A stretch of DNA of 64,000 nt from contig CAWJSC010000005.1 in NCBI GenBank assembly GCA_963845425.1, positions 238,246 to 302,245 of the forward strand. The letters are read 5' to 3'. Positions 9,203-19,163 of this stretch are shown here, piece after piece. The stretch is from an uncultured Microthrixaceae bacterium. Lineage in GTDB: Bacteria > Actinomycetota > Acidimicrobiia > Acidimicrobiales > DATDAH01. Numbering within the stretch: the stretch's first letter is position 1; every line of letters begins with the position of its first letter. The notes below the pieces were generated by a model. It did no database searches, was not told where the DNA came from, and saw nothing but the letters and a program-made list of their open reading frames with translations. Both the position numbers and the translations under genes were made by a program.

Positions 9203-9899
9203 ATGCCTCGGCGGCGGGGAGTGGTGGGCGAGACTGGCGCGGTGGCGCACCCGTACTGGCCGTTGTTCGACCTCCGGGTGCGCACGCCCCGCCTCGAGCT
9301 GCGGCCGCCGACCGACGAGGACCTGCTGGCCGTCGTCGACCTCGTCCGCCGCGGGGTCCACGAGCCGGACATGATGCCGTTCTCCACGCCGTGGACCGAT
9401 GCGCCGTCGCCCGACCTGGAGCGCAACACCCTCCAGTGGAACTGGCGCCAGCGGGTCGAGTTCACCCCGGAGAGCTGGGCCCTCGGCCTCATCGTGGTCG
9501 TCGACGAGCCGGAGCCCACGATCGTCGGGGTGCAGGACCTGTTCGCCAAGAACTTCGTGGCGACCCGGGTGGCTGAGAGCGGATCGTGGCTCGGTCTGGC
9601 CCACCAGGGAAGGGGCATCGGCAAGGAGATGCGGGCCGCGATCCTGCACCTCGCCTTCGCCGGCCTCGGCGCTGCGTGGTGTGAGACCTTTGCCTGGGAG
9701 GACAACGCTTCGTCCCTCGGGGTCACCGAGCGCCTCGGCTACGAGCCCAACGGTGTGGAGATGGACCTGCGCCGGGGCGAGGGCCGGCCGCTGCGCCGCT
9801 TCCGCATGACCCGGGAGGCCTGGGACGGCCCAGCGGCGCAGGGACATCCGCATCGAGGGCCTGGAGCACTGCCTCGACCTGTTCGGGCTCCCCCAGGCG
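9203..9899 (+). CDS. GNAT family N-acetyltransferase (RimJ/RimL-like); 3' end unresolved, probable frame break near 9812-9840
   Basis: LELRPPTDEDL, GLAHQGRGIGKEMRAAILHLAF and SSLGVTERLGYEPNG are GNAT-like. After MTREAWDG the annotated frame becomes Arg/Pro/Gly shadow. Frame 0 reads RRDIRIEGLEHCLDLFGL and runs without a stop into the next gene. Confidence 0.6.
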
Positions 9900-10598
9900 G
9901 TGGCCGGGGCCGACGCGTGCCGGGGCGGATGGTGCGTGGTCACCCTGCCCGTCGAGGGCGACGCCACCGTGGAGGTCATCGACCGCTTCACCAAGGTCGC
10001 CGCCCGCCAGGCCAAGGGCCGGCTGGGCGCCGTCGGCGTCGACATCCCCATCGGCCTGTCCGACGGCCCGCCCCGCAAGTGCGACGTCGACGCCCGGGCC
10101 CTGCTCGGTGACCGGCGGTCTTCGGTGTTCCCCGCGCCGCTCCGCCCGGTGTTGGGTGCCCGGAGCTACGAGGCGGCGCTGGCCCGCTCCCGGGAGGCCA
10201 GCGGCGTCGGCCTGTCCAAGCAGGCCTGGAACCTCGTGCCGAAGGTCACCGAGGTGGACCGCCTGCTCGACCCGACCCGCCAGGGCCGCATCTTCGAGTG
10301 CCACCCCGAGGCCGCCTTCGCCGCCCTCCACGGTGTCCCGATGGCCCATCCCAAGAAGGGCCGGCCCGGGCGGGACGAGCGCCTGATGGTCCTCCGTCCC
10401 CACGTGCCGGGGATCGACGCCCTCGTGGCCCAGCCGCCCTCGGGCGCCGCGGCCGACGACGTCCTCGACGCCGCGGTCGTCGCCGTCACGGCCAAGGCCA
10501 TGCTCGCCGGCAAGGTCCGTCGCCTCGGCGAGCGCCGCCACGACGCCGAGGGCCTCGTCATGGAGATCGTCATCCCCGAGCCCGGCTACACCCCCTGA
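9900..10598 (+). CDS. DUF429 domain protein (predicted RNase H-like fold)
   Basis: N-terminus VAGADACRGGWCVV and DIPIGL...CD..AR..LG are typical DUF429 features. GTG start. Confidence 0.65.
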   Translation: MAGADACRGGWCVVTLPVEGDATVEVIDRFTKVAARQAKGRLGAVGVDIPIGLSDGPPRKCDVDARALLGDRRSSVFPAPLRPVLGARSYEAALARSREASGVGLSKQAWNLVPKVTEVDRLLDPTRQGRIFECHPEAAFAALHGVPMAHPKKGRPGRDERLMVLRPHVPGIDALVAQPPSGAAADDVLDAAVVAVTAKAMLAGKVRRLGERRHDAEGLVMEIVIPEPGYTP

Positions 10599-10602
10599 GT
10601 CC

Positions 10603-10656
10603 CCCTTCTGGCGCCGCTTTCGGCGGCCAGGACGACCGAAACGGGCGCCAGAACCG
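10603..10656. repeat. 54-nt palindromic element, variant A (degenerate)
   Basis: cccTTCTGGCGCCgcTTTCG-14 nt-CGAAAcgGGCGCCAGAAccg. It starts 5 nt after the DUF429 stop and lies upstream of the WS/DGAT gene. Confidence 0.8.
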
Positions 10657-10766
10657 CGGTGACCGGACCTCGCCGGGGCGAGAGGCGTCACCTGGTGGTA
10701 CCGCTTGAGGGTCACGGGCCCGGAAGTCGTCGTACGATCGGGGCGACATCGACTTGGGGGTGGCGC

Positions 10767-12398
10767 ATGCAACGGTTGACCGGGCTCGACGCCGGGTTCC
10801 TCTCCATGGAGACGCCCACGGCCCCGATGCACGTGGCGGGCCTGGCCGTGTTCGACCCGTCCGAGGTCGAGGGCCGTTTCGACATCGACCACCTGCGGGA
10901 GGTCTACGAGCCCCGCCTGCACATGGCCCCGCCGTTCCGGCGCCGCCTGCGTGAGGTCCCCTTCGGCCTCCACCACCCGCTGTGGATCGAGGATCCGGAC
11001 TTCGACATCGAGTGGCACCTCCGCCGGGTGGCGGTCCCCGCCCCGGGTGGTCCCCGGGAGCTGGCCGAGTTGGCTGCCCACCTGAACGCCATCCCGCTCG
11101 ACCGCAGCCGGCCCCTGTGGGAGATGTGGCTGATCGACGGTGTCGCCGGCGGTCACGTCGCCGTCCTCAGCAAGGTCCACCACGCCGCCATCGACGGGGC
11201 ATCGGGCAACGAGATCACCGTGGCCACTCTTGACCTGTCCCCGGAGGGCGGCGAGGTCCCGCCGCCCGAGGAGGAGTGGAAGCCGGACACGATCCCGTCC
11301 GACGCCGAGATGCTGGCCCACGCCACGGCCTCGCTCCTGTCCTCGCCCATCCGCATGATGAAGGTCACCCGCCGCACGATCGACGCCGCTCTGGGCCGGC
11401 GGCGCCTGCCGAGCTCGAGCTCGCCGCCCTCGCCGTTCGCCGCGCCGAAGACGTCGATCAACGGACCGCTCACCCGTCAGCGGGTCCTGGCGACGACCTC
11501 GCTCTCGCTGCCCGCGGTGAAAGCCATCAAGGCCCACCACGACGTGAAGGTGAACGACGTCATCCTGGCGCTGTGCGCCGGGGCGCTACGGCGCTGGTTC
11601 GACGACCGGGGGGAGGACCTGTCCGGCCCGCTCGTGGCCATGGTCCCCGTCTCGGTGCGGACCGAGGGTGAGAAGGGGGCCATGGGCAACCGGGTGTCCT
11701 CGATGCTGGTCAGCCTGGCCACCGAGGTGAGCGATCCGGCGGTGCGCCTGCAGGTCATCGGCGACGCCACCCGGGAGGCCAAGGAGCGCCACGCCATCGG
11801 GGCGGATGCCCTGACCGACTGGGCGGAGTTCGCCGCCCCGGCGCTGCTGGGCCGGGCCGCCCGGCTCTACTCCCGCATGCACCTGGCCAACATGCACCGG
11901 CCGGTGTTCAACGTGACCATCTCCAACGTGCCCGGCCCGCCGTTCCCGCTCTACTCGGCCGGCGCCCGCCTCGTCGCCAACTACCCGATCGGGCCGATCT
12001 ACGACGGGTCCGGCCTGAACATGACCGTCATGAGCTACCGGGAGCAGCTCGACTTCGGCCTGCAGGGTGACCCCGAGCTGCTGGGCGACCCCTGGGTCCT
12101 GGCCGGCCACCTCGAGGACGCTCTGGCCGAGTTGGCCGCCACCGTCCCCGAGTTGGACGGCGTGCCGCTCGTGGTGCACCCCTTCGGCGACGAGGCCGAG
12201 CCCGTGACGGCGACGGTGACGGTGACGGCGCCCGAGTCGGACCCCGACGACCTCACCGTGATCCAGGACACCGAGGAGCTGATCGCCCGGGCCCAGGAGG
12301 CCCTCGGCCGGGCCCAGACCGATCGGGCCGACGCCGCCGCCATCAGCGCCGCCCTCGACCAGCTCCGCCGCGCCGCCGACTTCAGCCAATCCGCCTGA
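10767..12398 (+). CDS. Wax ester synthase / diacylglycerol acyltransferase (WS/DGAT)
   Basis: N-terminus MQRLTGLDAGFL, catalytic HHAAIDGASG (HHxxxDG), C-terminal NVPGP...LY motif. Confidence 0.85.
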   Translation: MQRLTGLDAGFLSMETPTAPMHVAGLAVFDPSEVEGRFDIDHLREVYEPRLHMAPPFRRRLREVPFGLHHPLWIEDPDFDIEWHLRRVAVPAPGGPRELAELAAHLNAIPLDRSRPLWEMWLIDGVAGGHVAVLSKVHHAAIDGASGNEITVATLDLSPEGGEVPPPEEEWKPDTIPSDAEMLAHATASLLSSPIRMMKVTRRTIDAALGRRRLPSSSSPPSPFAAPKTSINGPLTRQRVLATTSLSLPAVKAIKAHHDVKVNDVILALCAGALRRWFDDRGEDLSGPLVAMVPVSVRTEGEKGAMGNRVSSMLVSLATEVSDPAVRLQVIGDATREAKERHAIGADALTDWAEFAAPALLGRAARLYSRMHLANMHRPVFNVTISNVPGPPFPLYSAGARLVANYPIGPIYDGSGLNMTVMSYREQLDFGLQGDPELLGDPWVLAGHLEDALAELAATVPELDGVPLVVHPFGDEAEPVTATVTVTAPESDPDDLTVIQDTEELIARAQEALGRAQTDRADAAAISAALDQLRRAADFSQSA

Positions 12399-12522
12399 GG
12401 CCAAAGTCGGCCCCCTGGGCGGCGCCGGCGTGGGTTGTCCGACTGCTCAGCTCCTAGGACGCTGTTGAAGAATCCGGGTGGCGGTGCTCGCGTTCTGGGC
12501 CGGGGCGCGGGACAATTCGGGG

Positions 12523-13823
12523 ATGCAGGGCAAGAGCGACCCGAACGCTGAGTTGCTGGACGCGGGGGCGTTGTGCCGCCATCTGGTCCCGGACGACTCG
12601 GTGCATGCGTTCCTGGCTGACCACCGTCGGGATCTGTTCCCTGACGAGTTGTTCGCCGACTTGTTCTCGTCGGGGCGGGGCCGGCCGTCGGTGCCGGCTG
12701 ATGTGGTCGCGACAGTGATGGTGCTGCAGTCGTTGGAGGGGCTGTCGGACCGTGACGCGGCTTCGGCGTTGCGGACCAACATCGCCTGGAAGGTCGCCGC
12801 TGGGTTGGCGCTCGACGACGACGGCATCCACTACTCGGTGCTCACCTATTGGCGGTCACGCCTGCGTGATTCCGACGCGCCGGAACGGGTCTTTGACGCG
12901 GTGCGGGCGGTGATCGACGCCACCGGTGTCCTCAAAGGTCGCCGGCGTCGGGCGTTGGACTCGACCCGTTGGACGACGCGTCGCGACCCAGGACACCGTC
13001 AGCCAGGCCAAGTCTGGTCGGGCCGATGCCCTCGCCATCATCGCCGCGCTCGAGGGCCAGGCCCGCCAAGCCGCGCGGCTTCACTCAACGAGCCCGACGC
13101 GTGTTGACCCGGAGTCGCGACACATGCACAAGTCCCGGTCGGTCTACCGCGACGGCTACAAGGCCCACATCGCCGTCGAGCCCGAGACGGGGTTGATCAC
13201 CGCCACCGCGTTGACCCCGGCCAATGCCGGGGACGGCCCCACCGGCATCGAGCTCCTGGCCGGCGAGGGGCCGGGTCTGCAGGTCCTGGCCGACTCCGCC
13301 TACGGGTCCGGCCAGGTTCGCACCTCACTTGACCAGGCCGGCCACACCGCTGCGATCAAAGCGATCCCTCAGCACCGCAACCCCAAGCTCGGGGTCGACC
13401 AGTTCACCCGCGACGACTTCGTCGTCGACCACGACCGCCGGCACGGTGAGGTGTCCCGGCGGCCACACCGTCACGGTCACCGCCGCCAACAACGCCGTGT
13501 TCGGGACCCGCTGCCGGGGATGCCCGCTGCGCTCACGATGCACCACCGCCGTCGATGGCCGCACCCTGCACCTCCACCCCCACGACGCCGAGCTCGTCGC
13601 CGCCCGACACGCCTGGGCCAACGGCGACTTCGCGGATGACTACCGCCAATGGCGGCCATGGTCGAACGCTCCATCGCCTGGCTCGTCGCCCGCAAACCGC
13701 CGGACAACGGCACCTGGACCCTCGCCTGAGGCGGGCCGCGAAGGCTGTCAAAGGGAACGGCTCATTTGGCACAGGGCCACCGCGCGACCGGCTTTCACCC
13801 TCAACACCGGCCTTCGGTCGGAC
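12523..13823 (+). mobile_element. IS1182-family transposase remnant (multiple frameshifts, internal deletion)
   Basis: N-terminal LFPDELFADLFSSGRGRPSVPADVVATVMVLQSLEGLSDRDA. DDE-region GYKAHIAVEPETGLITA...LQVLADSAYGSG in a second frame. CPGGHTVT...CRGCPLRSRCTT...YRQWRP in a third. Shorter than an intact IS1182 transposase. Confidence 0.75.
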
Positions 13824-14240
13824 CTAGTGGGCCAGGGCGGCCCGCAACGTGGCGGCCACCTCGTCCGCGTGGGCGTCGTCGGTGTACTTGTGGCGGGGCC
13901 AGAAGAAGCCCTTGAGCCCGTCCTTGCGGTTGCGGGGGACGACGTGCACGTGGAGGTGGGGGACGCTCTGGCTGACCTTGTTGTTCAGGGCCACGAAGGA
14001 CCCGGCGGAACCCAGCGCCGTCTCCATCACCGAGGACAGGTGCCGGGCCTGCCTGAACAGCGGCTCGACCAGCTCGTCGGGCAGATCGGCCAGCGTCTCC
14101 ACATGGACCTTCGGCATCAGCAGCACATGCCCCGGGAACAACGGCGTCCGGTCGAGGAAGGCCAGCGTGTGCTCGTCCTCGCAGACGACCCGCGCCGGAA
14201 GCGCCCCGCCCACGATCCCACAGAAGACGCAGTTCGCCAC
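13824..14240 (-). CDS. HIT (histidine triad) family protein
   Basis: 138 aa. CVFCGI N-terminus and the triad HLHVHVVP. Confidence 0.85.
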   Translation of the reverse strand: MANCVFCGIVGGALPARVVCEDEHTLAFLDRTPLFPGHVLLMPKVHVETLADLPDELVEPLFRQARHLSSVMETALGSAGSFVALNNKVSQSVPHLHVHVVPRNRKDGLKGFFWPRHKYTDDAHADEVAATLRAALAH

Positions 14241-14340
14241 GGCCCGTCAAGCTAGGCGCCCCCGGGCCTTCACCGGAGAGCCCCTTGTGCCTGTCGGCGG
14301 CCTACCGCCTCGGCCGGTCGGGGTGCGTACGGTTGGCGGG

Positions 14341-15084
14341 GTGCGGGTCACGTTGCTGGTCACCTGTGTGGTGGACCTCGTGGCGCCCGAGGTGGCCGAA
14401 GCGACGGTGCGCGTGCTGCGGGCCACTGGGTGCGAGGTGAGCGTGTCGGCCGACCAGACCTGTTGTGGGCAGCCGGCCTGGAACGCCGGTCACGCCCCCG
14501 AGGCGGCGAAGGTGGCCGGGGGGACCCTCGCGGCGCTCGAGGCCGAACTGGCCGACGGCGCCGAGGCGGTCGTGGTCCCCAGTGGCTCGTGCACGTCGAT
14601 GGTCCGGGTGTTCTGGCCGGAGCTGTTCGACCTGGCGGGCGACCCGGATGCCGCCGAGCGGGCCCGGGGCGTCGGTGAGGTCACCTTCGAGCTGTCGGAG
14701 TTCCTGGCCGAGCGGGACCTGCCCGCGCTGTCCGGCCCGGAGCAGCGGGTCGCCTACCACCACTCGTGCCACATGCTCCGGGAGCTGGGCGTCAGAGCGG
14801 CGCCCGAGGCGCTGGTCGACCGGGTCGCGGGCGCCGATCGGGTGGCCTGGGACGGCGACGACCGCTGCTGCGGGTTCGGCGGCCTGTTCTCGGTGAAGCT
14901 GCCCGAGCTGTCGGTGGCCATGGCCGACGAGAAGCTGGCCGACCTGGTCGCCACCCAGCCCGACGTGCTCGTCGGCTGCGACACCTCCTGCCTGGCCCAG
15001 CTCCGGACGCGCAGCGAAGCCGTCGGCCTCCCCGTGCGCACCCGCCACCTCGCCCAACTCCTCGACGAGTCCCTCCCCTCATGA
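14341..15084 (+). CDS. lutA: L-lactate utilization protein LutA ((Fe-S)-binding, CCG-domain oxidoreductase)
   Basis: VTLLVTCVVD...CCGQPAWN and HHSCH...CCGFGG cysteine-rich CCG motifs, followed by lutB and lutC. Confidence 0.8.
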   Translation: MRVTLLVTCVVDLVAPEVAEATVRVLRATGCEVSVSADQTCCGQPAWNAGHAPEAAKVAGGTLAALEAELADGAEAVVVPSGSCTSMVRVFWPELFDLAGDPDAAERARGVGEVTFELSEFLAERDLPALSGPEQRVAYHHSCHMLRELGVRAAPEALVDRVAGADRVAWDGDDRCCGFGGLFSVKLPELSVAMADEKLADLVATQPDVLVGCDTSCLAQLRTRSEAVGLPVRTRHLAQLLDESLPS

Positions 15085-15096
15085 CCCGTCGCCGAC

Positions 15097-15150
15097 CTGT
15101 TCTGGTCATCCTCCTCTGTTGTGGGGGACAGAGGGGAGCAACCAGAACGG
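15097..15150. repeat. 54-nt palindromic element, variant A2 (GTTCTGGT arms)
   Basis: ctGTTCTGGTcatcctcctctgt-tgtgggg-gacagaggggagcaACCAGAACgg. A long imperfect hairpin fills the lutA-lutB spacer. Confidence 0.8.
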
Positions 15151-15163
15151 GAAAGGGGCGGGG

Positions 15164-16537
15164 GTGAGCGGGCACGCGGTCGAGGGGACGTTTCGCGACC
15201 GGGCGACGGTCGCCGTGGCGGACACGGAGCTGCACGGACGGGTGGCCGCGGCGGTCGACCGGTTCGTGCACAAGCGGGCCGAGGGCCTGGCCGGCCTGGA
15301 GGATGCGGACGGGCTGCGTCGGGCGGCCCGGGGGGTGAAGGCCGACGTCCTCCAACGGTTGCCCGACCTGCTGGAGCAGTTCGCCGATCGGGTCCTGGCC
15401 GAGGGCGGCCATGTCTGCTGGGCGCCCACCGCGGCCGACGCCACCCGCTACGTCACCGGCGTCGCCGTCCGGGCCGGCGGGAAGGTCGTGAAGGCCAAGT
15501 CGATGGCCACCGAGGAGATCGGCCTCAACGCCGCCCTGGCCGACGCCGGCTGCGAGGTCGTGGAGACCGACCTCGGGGAGTGGGTCATCCAGCTGGCGGG
15601 GGAGACCCCCAGCCACATCATCATCCCGGCCCTGCACCGGGACCGGCACACGATCCGGGACGTCCTGATCGCGGCGGCGGGGGCCGACCCCGACGAGCTG
15701 GACGCCGATCCGGAGGCCATAGCCGCGTACGCCCGGGCCGCCCTGCGGCCCCGCTTCCTCGACGCCGACGTCGGCATCACGGGGGCCAACTTCGCCGTGG
15801 CCGAGACCGGCTCGATCGTCCTCGTCACGAACGAGGGCAACGGCCGCCTGGCCACGTCGCTGCCCCGGGTCCAGGTCGTCGTGCTGGGCATGGAGCGCCT
15901 GGTCGCTGATTGGGCCCAACTCGACCTGATGATCAACCTCTTGGCCCGCTCGGCCAGCGGCCAGCCCCTCAGCTCGTACACCAGCATCACCACCGGCCTG
16001 CGGCGGCGCGGAGAGACCGACGGCCCCGACGAACTGCACGTCGTCATCCTCGACAACGGCCGCGGCGACCTGCTGGCCGGCGAGTACCACGAGATGCTCG
16101 GCTGCATCCGCTGCGGCGCCTGCCTGAACGTGTGCCCGGTGTTCCGCCAGACCGGCGGCCACGCCTACGGCTGGGTCTACAGCGGTCCGATGGGAGCGGT
16201 GTTGAGCCCGCTGCTGACCCACGGCGCTGACGACCTCAGTGGCGCCTCGACCCTGTGCGGCGCCTGCATGGACGCCTGCCCCGTGCAGATCCCCCTGCAG
16301 GACCTGCTCCTCGCCCTTCGCCGGGATCGGGCCGCCGAGGCGGGCGTGGGGGAGCGGGCGGCCTGGGCGGCCTGGGCCACCGCCTGGTCCAGCCCCCGCG
16401 GCTACCGAGCGTCGACCGCGGCAGGGAAGTGGGGTGCCGGCCTTTCACCCCTCGCCCGCAACTGGTCCTCCGGCCGCACCCCGCTGAAGCCCGTCCGCCG
16501 CCCCTTCCACACCCGCTGGAAGGCCGGCGAGACATGA
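15164..16537 (+). CDS. lutB: L-lactate utilization iron-sulfur protein LutB
   Basis: GTG at 15164 after GAAAGGGG. LUD-like region KAKSMATEEIGLN, two 4Fe-4S motifs CIRCGACLNVCP and CGACMDACP. Confidence 0.85.
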   Translation: MSGHAVEGTFRDRATVAVADTELHGRVAAAVDRFVHKRAEGLAGLEDADGLRRAARGVKADVLQRLPDLLEQFADRVLAEGGHVCWAPTAADATRYVTGVAVRAGGKVVKAKSMATEEIGLNAALADAGCEVVETDLGEWVIQLAGETPSHIIIPALHRDRHTIRDVLIAAAGADPDELDADPEAIAAYARAALRPRFLDADVGITGANFAVAETGSIVLVTNEGNGRLATSLPRVQVVVLGMERLVADWAQLDLMINLLARSASGQPLSSYTSITTGLRRRGETDGPDELHVVILDNGRGDLLAGEYHEMLGCIRCGACLNVCPVFRQTGGHAYGWVYSGPMGAVLSPLLTHGADDLSGASTLCGACMDACPVQIPLQDLLLALRRDRAAEAGVGERAAWAAWATAWSSPRGYRASTAAGKWGAGLSPLARNWSSGRTPLKPVRRPFHTRWKAGET

Positions 16538-17198
16538 CGGAGACCGGAGATCGGCGGGCGTTCCTGGAGAACGCGCGGCGACGGCTGGGGGACGGCGTCC
16601 AGGCCAACCCGGTGCACATTCCGCCGGCGCCGACGGCCGCACCGCCGGAGGTCCGGTTCACGACGCTGGATCGGGCCGACCTGGTGGGCAGCATTCGTGG
16701 CTATGGCGACGGAGGTGGATGCCGTCGTCCACCGGGTGACCCCGGCCGACCTCGCCTCGCGGGCGCTCGACCTGGCCCGGCGGTACGGGGCCACGAGCGT
16801 CGTGCGCAGCGGAGAGCCCGGGCTCGATCCGCTGGCCCGCGCCCTCACCGCCGGCCGGACTGACCGTCGAGCCGTATTCGGCCGATGCCGCGGCCACGGC
16901 CGACCTGGGCCTCACCGGCGCCGTGGCGGGCATCGCCGCCACCGGGTCGCTCGTGCTCGACGCATCAGTAGCCGGGTCCCGGGCCGCGGGGCTCCTGCCC
17001 CCCGTCCACGTCTGTGTCCTCCGAGAGGACCAGGTCGTCGCCACCCCGGCCGACGTCCTCCACCGCCTCAGTGCCGGGGCGCCGTCATCGCTCGTCCTCG
17101 TCGGCGGCCCCAGCCGCACCGGTGACGTCGAGCAGATCCTCACCCTCGGCGTTCACGGCCCCCGCCACGTCCACATCCTCCTCGTCGCGCCGGTTTGA
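16534..17198 (+). pseudogene. lutC: LutC (LUD domain) with two +1 frame breaks (about 16692 and about 16855)
   Basis: ATGA overlap with the lutB stop. The protein reads through three frames: MTETGDRRAFLENA...DLVGS / FVAMATEVDAVVHRV...ARALTA / GLTVEPYSAD...GIAATGSLVLD...GPSRTGDVEQ. Confidence 0.7.
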
Positions 17199-17235
17199 AC
17201 GGTCGTCGGCCGGGGTCGTCGTAGCCTCGGGGCTG

Positions 17236-17910
17236 ATGGCTGCGCCGACCTCACCTCTGCTGGCGCCGCTGAACTGGGTGATCGACCAGGTGGCGGCCCG
17301 GGTCACGGGCCGGACGGCCAACGTGCGCTGGGACGGGGCCCCACTCGACCTCCTCCGGGGGCGGGCCCGCCTGCTCACGATCGGGGTCGAGGACCTGCGG
17401 GTCGCGGGCCTCACCGTCAACAAGGGCATCGTGCGCATCGAGAACGCCCGGATCGCCCCCTCGCTGGAGCCCCGGCTGACGGGCGGCCCCGTCACGGCGA
17501 AGCTGACCGTCGAGCAGGATCGGGTCGACGAGTGGGTCGGTCGGGCCAGCCTGCCCTTCCGCCTGGAACTGACCGAGGAGGGCATCGTGTCCAGCGCCGG
17601 CGTCGGCCCGCTGCGCATGGGCAAGGTCCTGACCGAGGTGGCCGTCCGGGAGGACGGCGCCCTCCGTCTCCGCCCCCTGAAGGCTGTCGGCCGCACCCTG
17701 CCGGCGGGCTTGGGCGACGTTCTCACCGGCAGTCTGCCACTGCCCCGGCTGCCCATCGAGGCCCAACTCGTCGAGATCGAACACGGCCCGGGCCGCCTGT
17801 CGCTCACCGTGGCCCTGGAGGACTTCGACGAGGCCCTCGACCTCGGCGCCCCTGACCGCCTCCGGGCCCGCCTCGAGGACATCGAACAGGGCCGCCGCCC
17901 CACCGTCTGA
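17236..17910 (+). CDS. Hypothetical protein, DUF2993/LmeA-like
   Basis: 224-aa ORF from the ATG at 17236. Repetitive beta-rich pattern (LLTIGVEDLRVAGLTV...VRIENARI) resembles DUF2993 proteins. Low certainty. Confidence 0.45.
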   Translation: MAAPTSPLLAPLNWVIDQVAARVTGRTANVRWDGAPLDLLRGRARLLTIGVEDLRVAGLTVNKGIVRIENARIAPSLEPRLTGGPVTAKLTVEQDRVDEWVGRASLPFRLELTEEGIVSSAGVGPLRMGKVLTEVAVREDGALRLRPLKAVGRTLPAGLGDVLTGSLPLPRLPIEAQLVEIEHGPGRLSLTVALEDFDEALDLGAPDRLRARLEDIEQGRRPTV

Positions 17911-17938
17911 CTCTCCCGAGCGGTGGAGGCCGACGACG

Positions 17939-19069
17939 TCACAGATCGAAGTAGCCGGGGACGTCGCGGTGGGGGGTGTCGAGGTAGACCTTGGCCTCCG
18001 GTGGCTGGCCGAAACGGCCGTGGCTCCAGCGAACCTCGACGTGGCCCGCGGCGACCCGGTGCTCGTCGATCTCCCGGTCGTGGACCTCCAGGCGCCACGA
18101 GACCCGGGGCTGACCGCCGGCTTCGGGCGCCACGTCGAAGGCCTTCAGGTCGAAGCGCTGGCGCCAGTCCCAGGGCGTTCCCACCCGCACCCGCAGTGTC
18201 GCCCCCTCGGTCGTGCCCAGCACGAAGTACGGCGCCGCCTGCAGGCGCAGCAGGCGCCACGCCATCTCCTCGCGGGCGAGGGGCTTGCCGAGCTGGTGGC
18301 GCCAACGAGTGGCTGACGCCTCGGCGACGACCGTCGTCATCTCCTCGTAGCGGGCCAGCGCGCCGTCCGGCCATCCGGTCTTGAGGGTCTCGCTCAGGGC
18401 CCGCCGCTGGTCGCGGGTCATGTCAGTGGCCCGGGCCGGGAGGGCGTCGTTGCGCACGACCTCGTAGAGGGCCTGGAACTCCGTCGGCGCCACCTCGGCG
18501 TACCAGTTGGCGATCCGCTCGTCGGTCGCCCCGAGCCGATGGTCGAACAGCGCGGAGGGCGAGGCGTTGTGCAGGATCGAGGACAGGTACTTGCAGCTGA
18601 CCAGGTAGACGTGGTCGATCCGCAGGTCGGCCGGCACCCGCTCGTCGCCCGGGGCCTTGTGCGGGCCTTTCCACTCCACCCGCAGCGGCGCCTTCCCCCG
18701 CAGCCCGGTCCGAGCCTTGAGGAAGGCGAACCCGTTGGCCCAGGCGGCGAAGAACTCCTGGCCGAGCTCCCGCCGGTCCCACGCGCCGGTGATCCGTCCC
18801 CAGGTGGCGTCGTCGACGTTCAGCAGCTCGGGCGGCCGGTGCTGGAGGGCGATGTCGAGGTCCGCCCGCCCGCACATCGCCAGGCCGGTCACGATCTCGG
18901 TGACCTCGGTCTTCAGCGCCGGCACCCCGGCAGTGTGCCAGCCCACCTCGGAGCCGCTCGGGATCGGGCGTCGGTTGGTCACGGTGGGTACACCGAGGTC
19001 GACGACGCCGGTCACCGAGATGCCGAACCCCTCCTCCGCCATCACCCCCGCGACCCACGTGGATGTCAC
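17939..19069 (-). CDS. Hypothetical protein (376 aa) with a PD-(D/E)XK-like segment
   Basis: Long ORF with coding-like composition. The segment PADLRIDHVYLVSCKYLSSILHNASP has a D...S-x-K arrangement reminiscent of restriction-endonuclease-fold proteins. No family recognised. Confidence 0.55.
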   Translation of the reverse strand: MTSTWVAGVMAEEGFGISVTGVVDLGVPTVTNRRPIPSGSEVGWHTAGVPALKTEVTEIVTGLAMCGRADLDIALQHRPPELLNVDDATWGRITGAWDRRELGQEFFAAWANGFAFLKARTGLRGKAPLRVEWKGPHKAPGDERVPADLRIDHVYLVSCKYLSSILHNASPSALFDHRLGATDERIANWYAEVAPTEFQALYEVVRNDALPARATDMTRDQRRALSETLKTGWPDGALARYEEMTTVVAEASATRWRHQLGKPLAREEMAWRLLRLQAAPYFVLGTTEGATLRVRVGTPWDWRQRFDLKAFDVAPEAGGQPRVSWRLEVHDREIDEHRVAAGHVEVRWSHGRFGQPPEAKVYLDTPHRDVPGYFDL

Positions 19070-19163
19070 TGGTCCCGGGCAGACTCGGGGTCGGCTCGCG
19101 CTCCGGCCTCACGGGCGCCATGAAGGGTCTCCCGCAGGGAGGCCACGTGCACCGGAGGCCACC

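Noticed and set aside
8553-19069. Restriction-modification system formed by the SAM methyltransferase (8553-9179) and the nuclease-like protein (17939-19069)
   Set aside because: The genes are about 9 kb apart with unrelated genes between them. The methyltransferase shows small-molecule class I motifs only, with no DPPY/NPPY or PC...ENV DNA-methyltransferase motifs.
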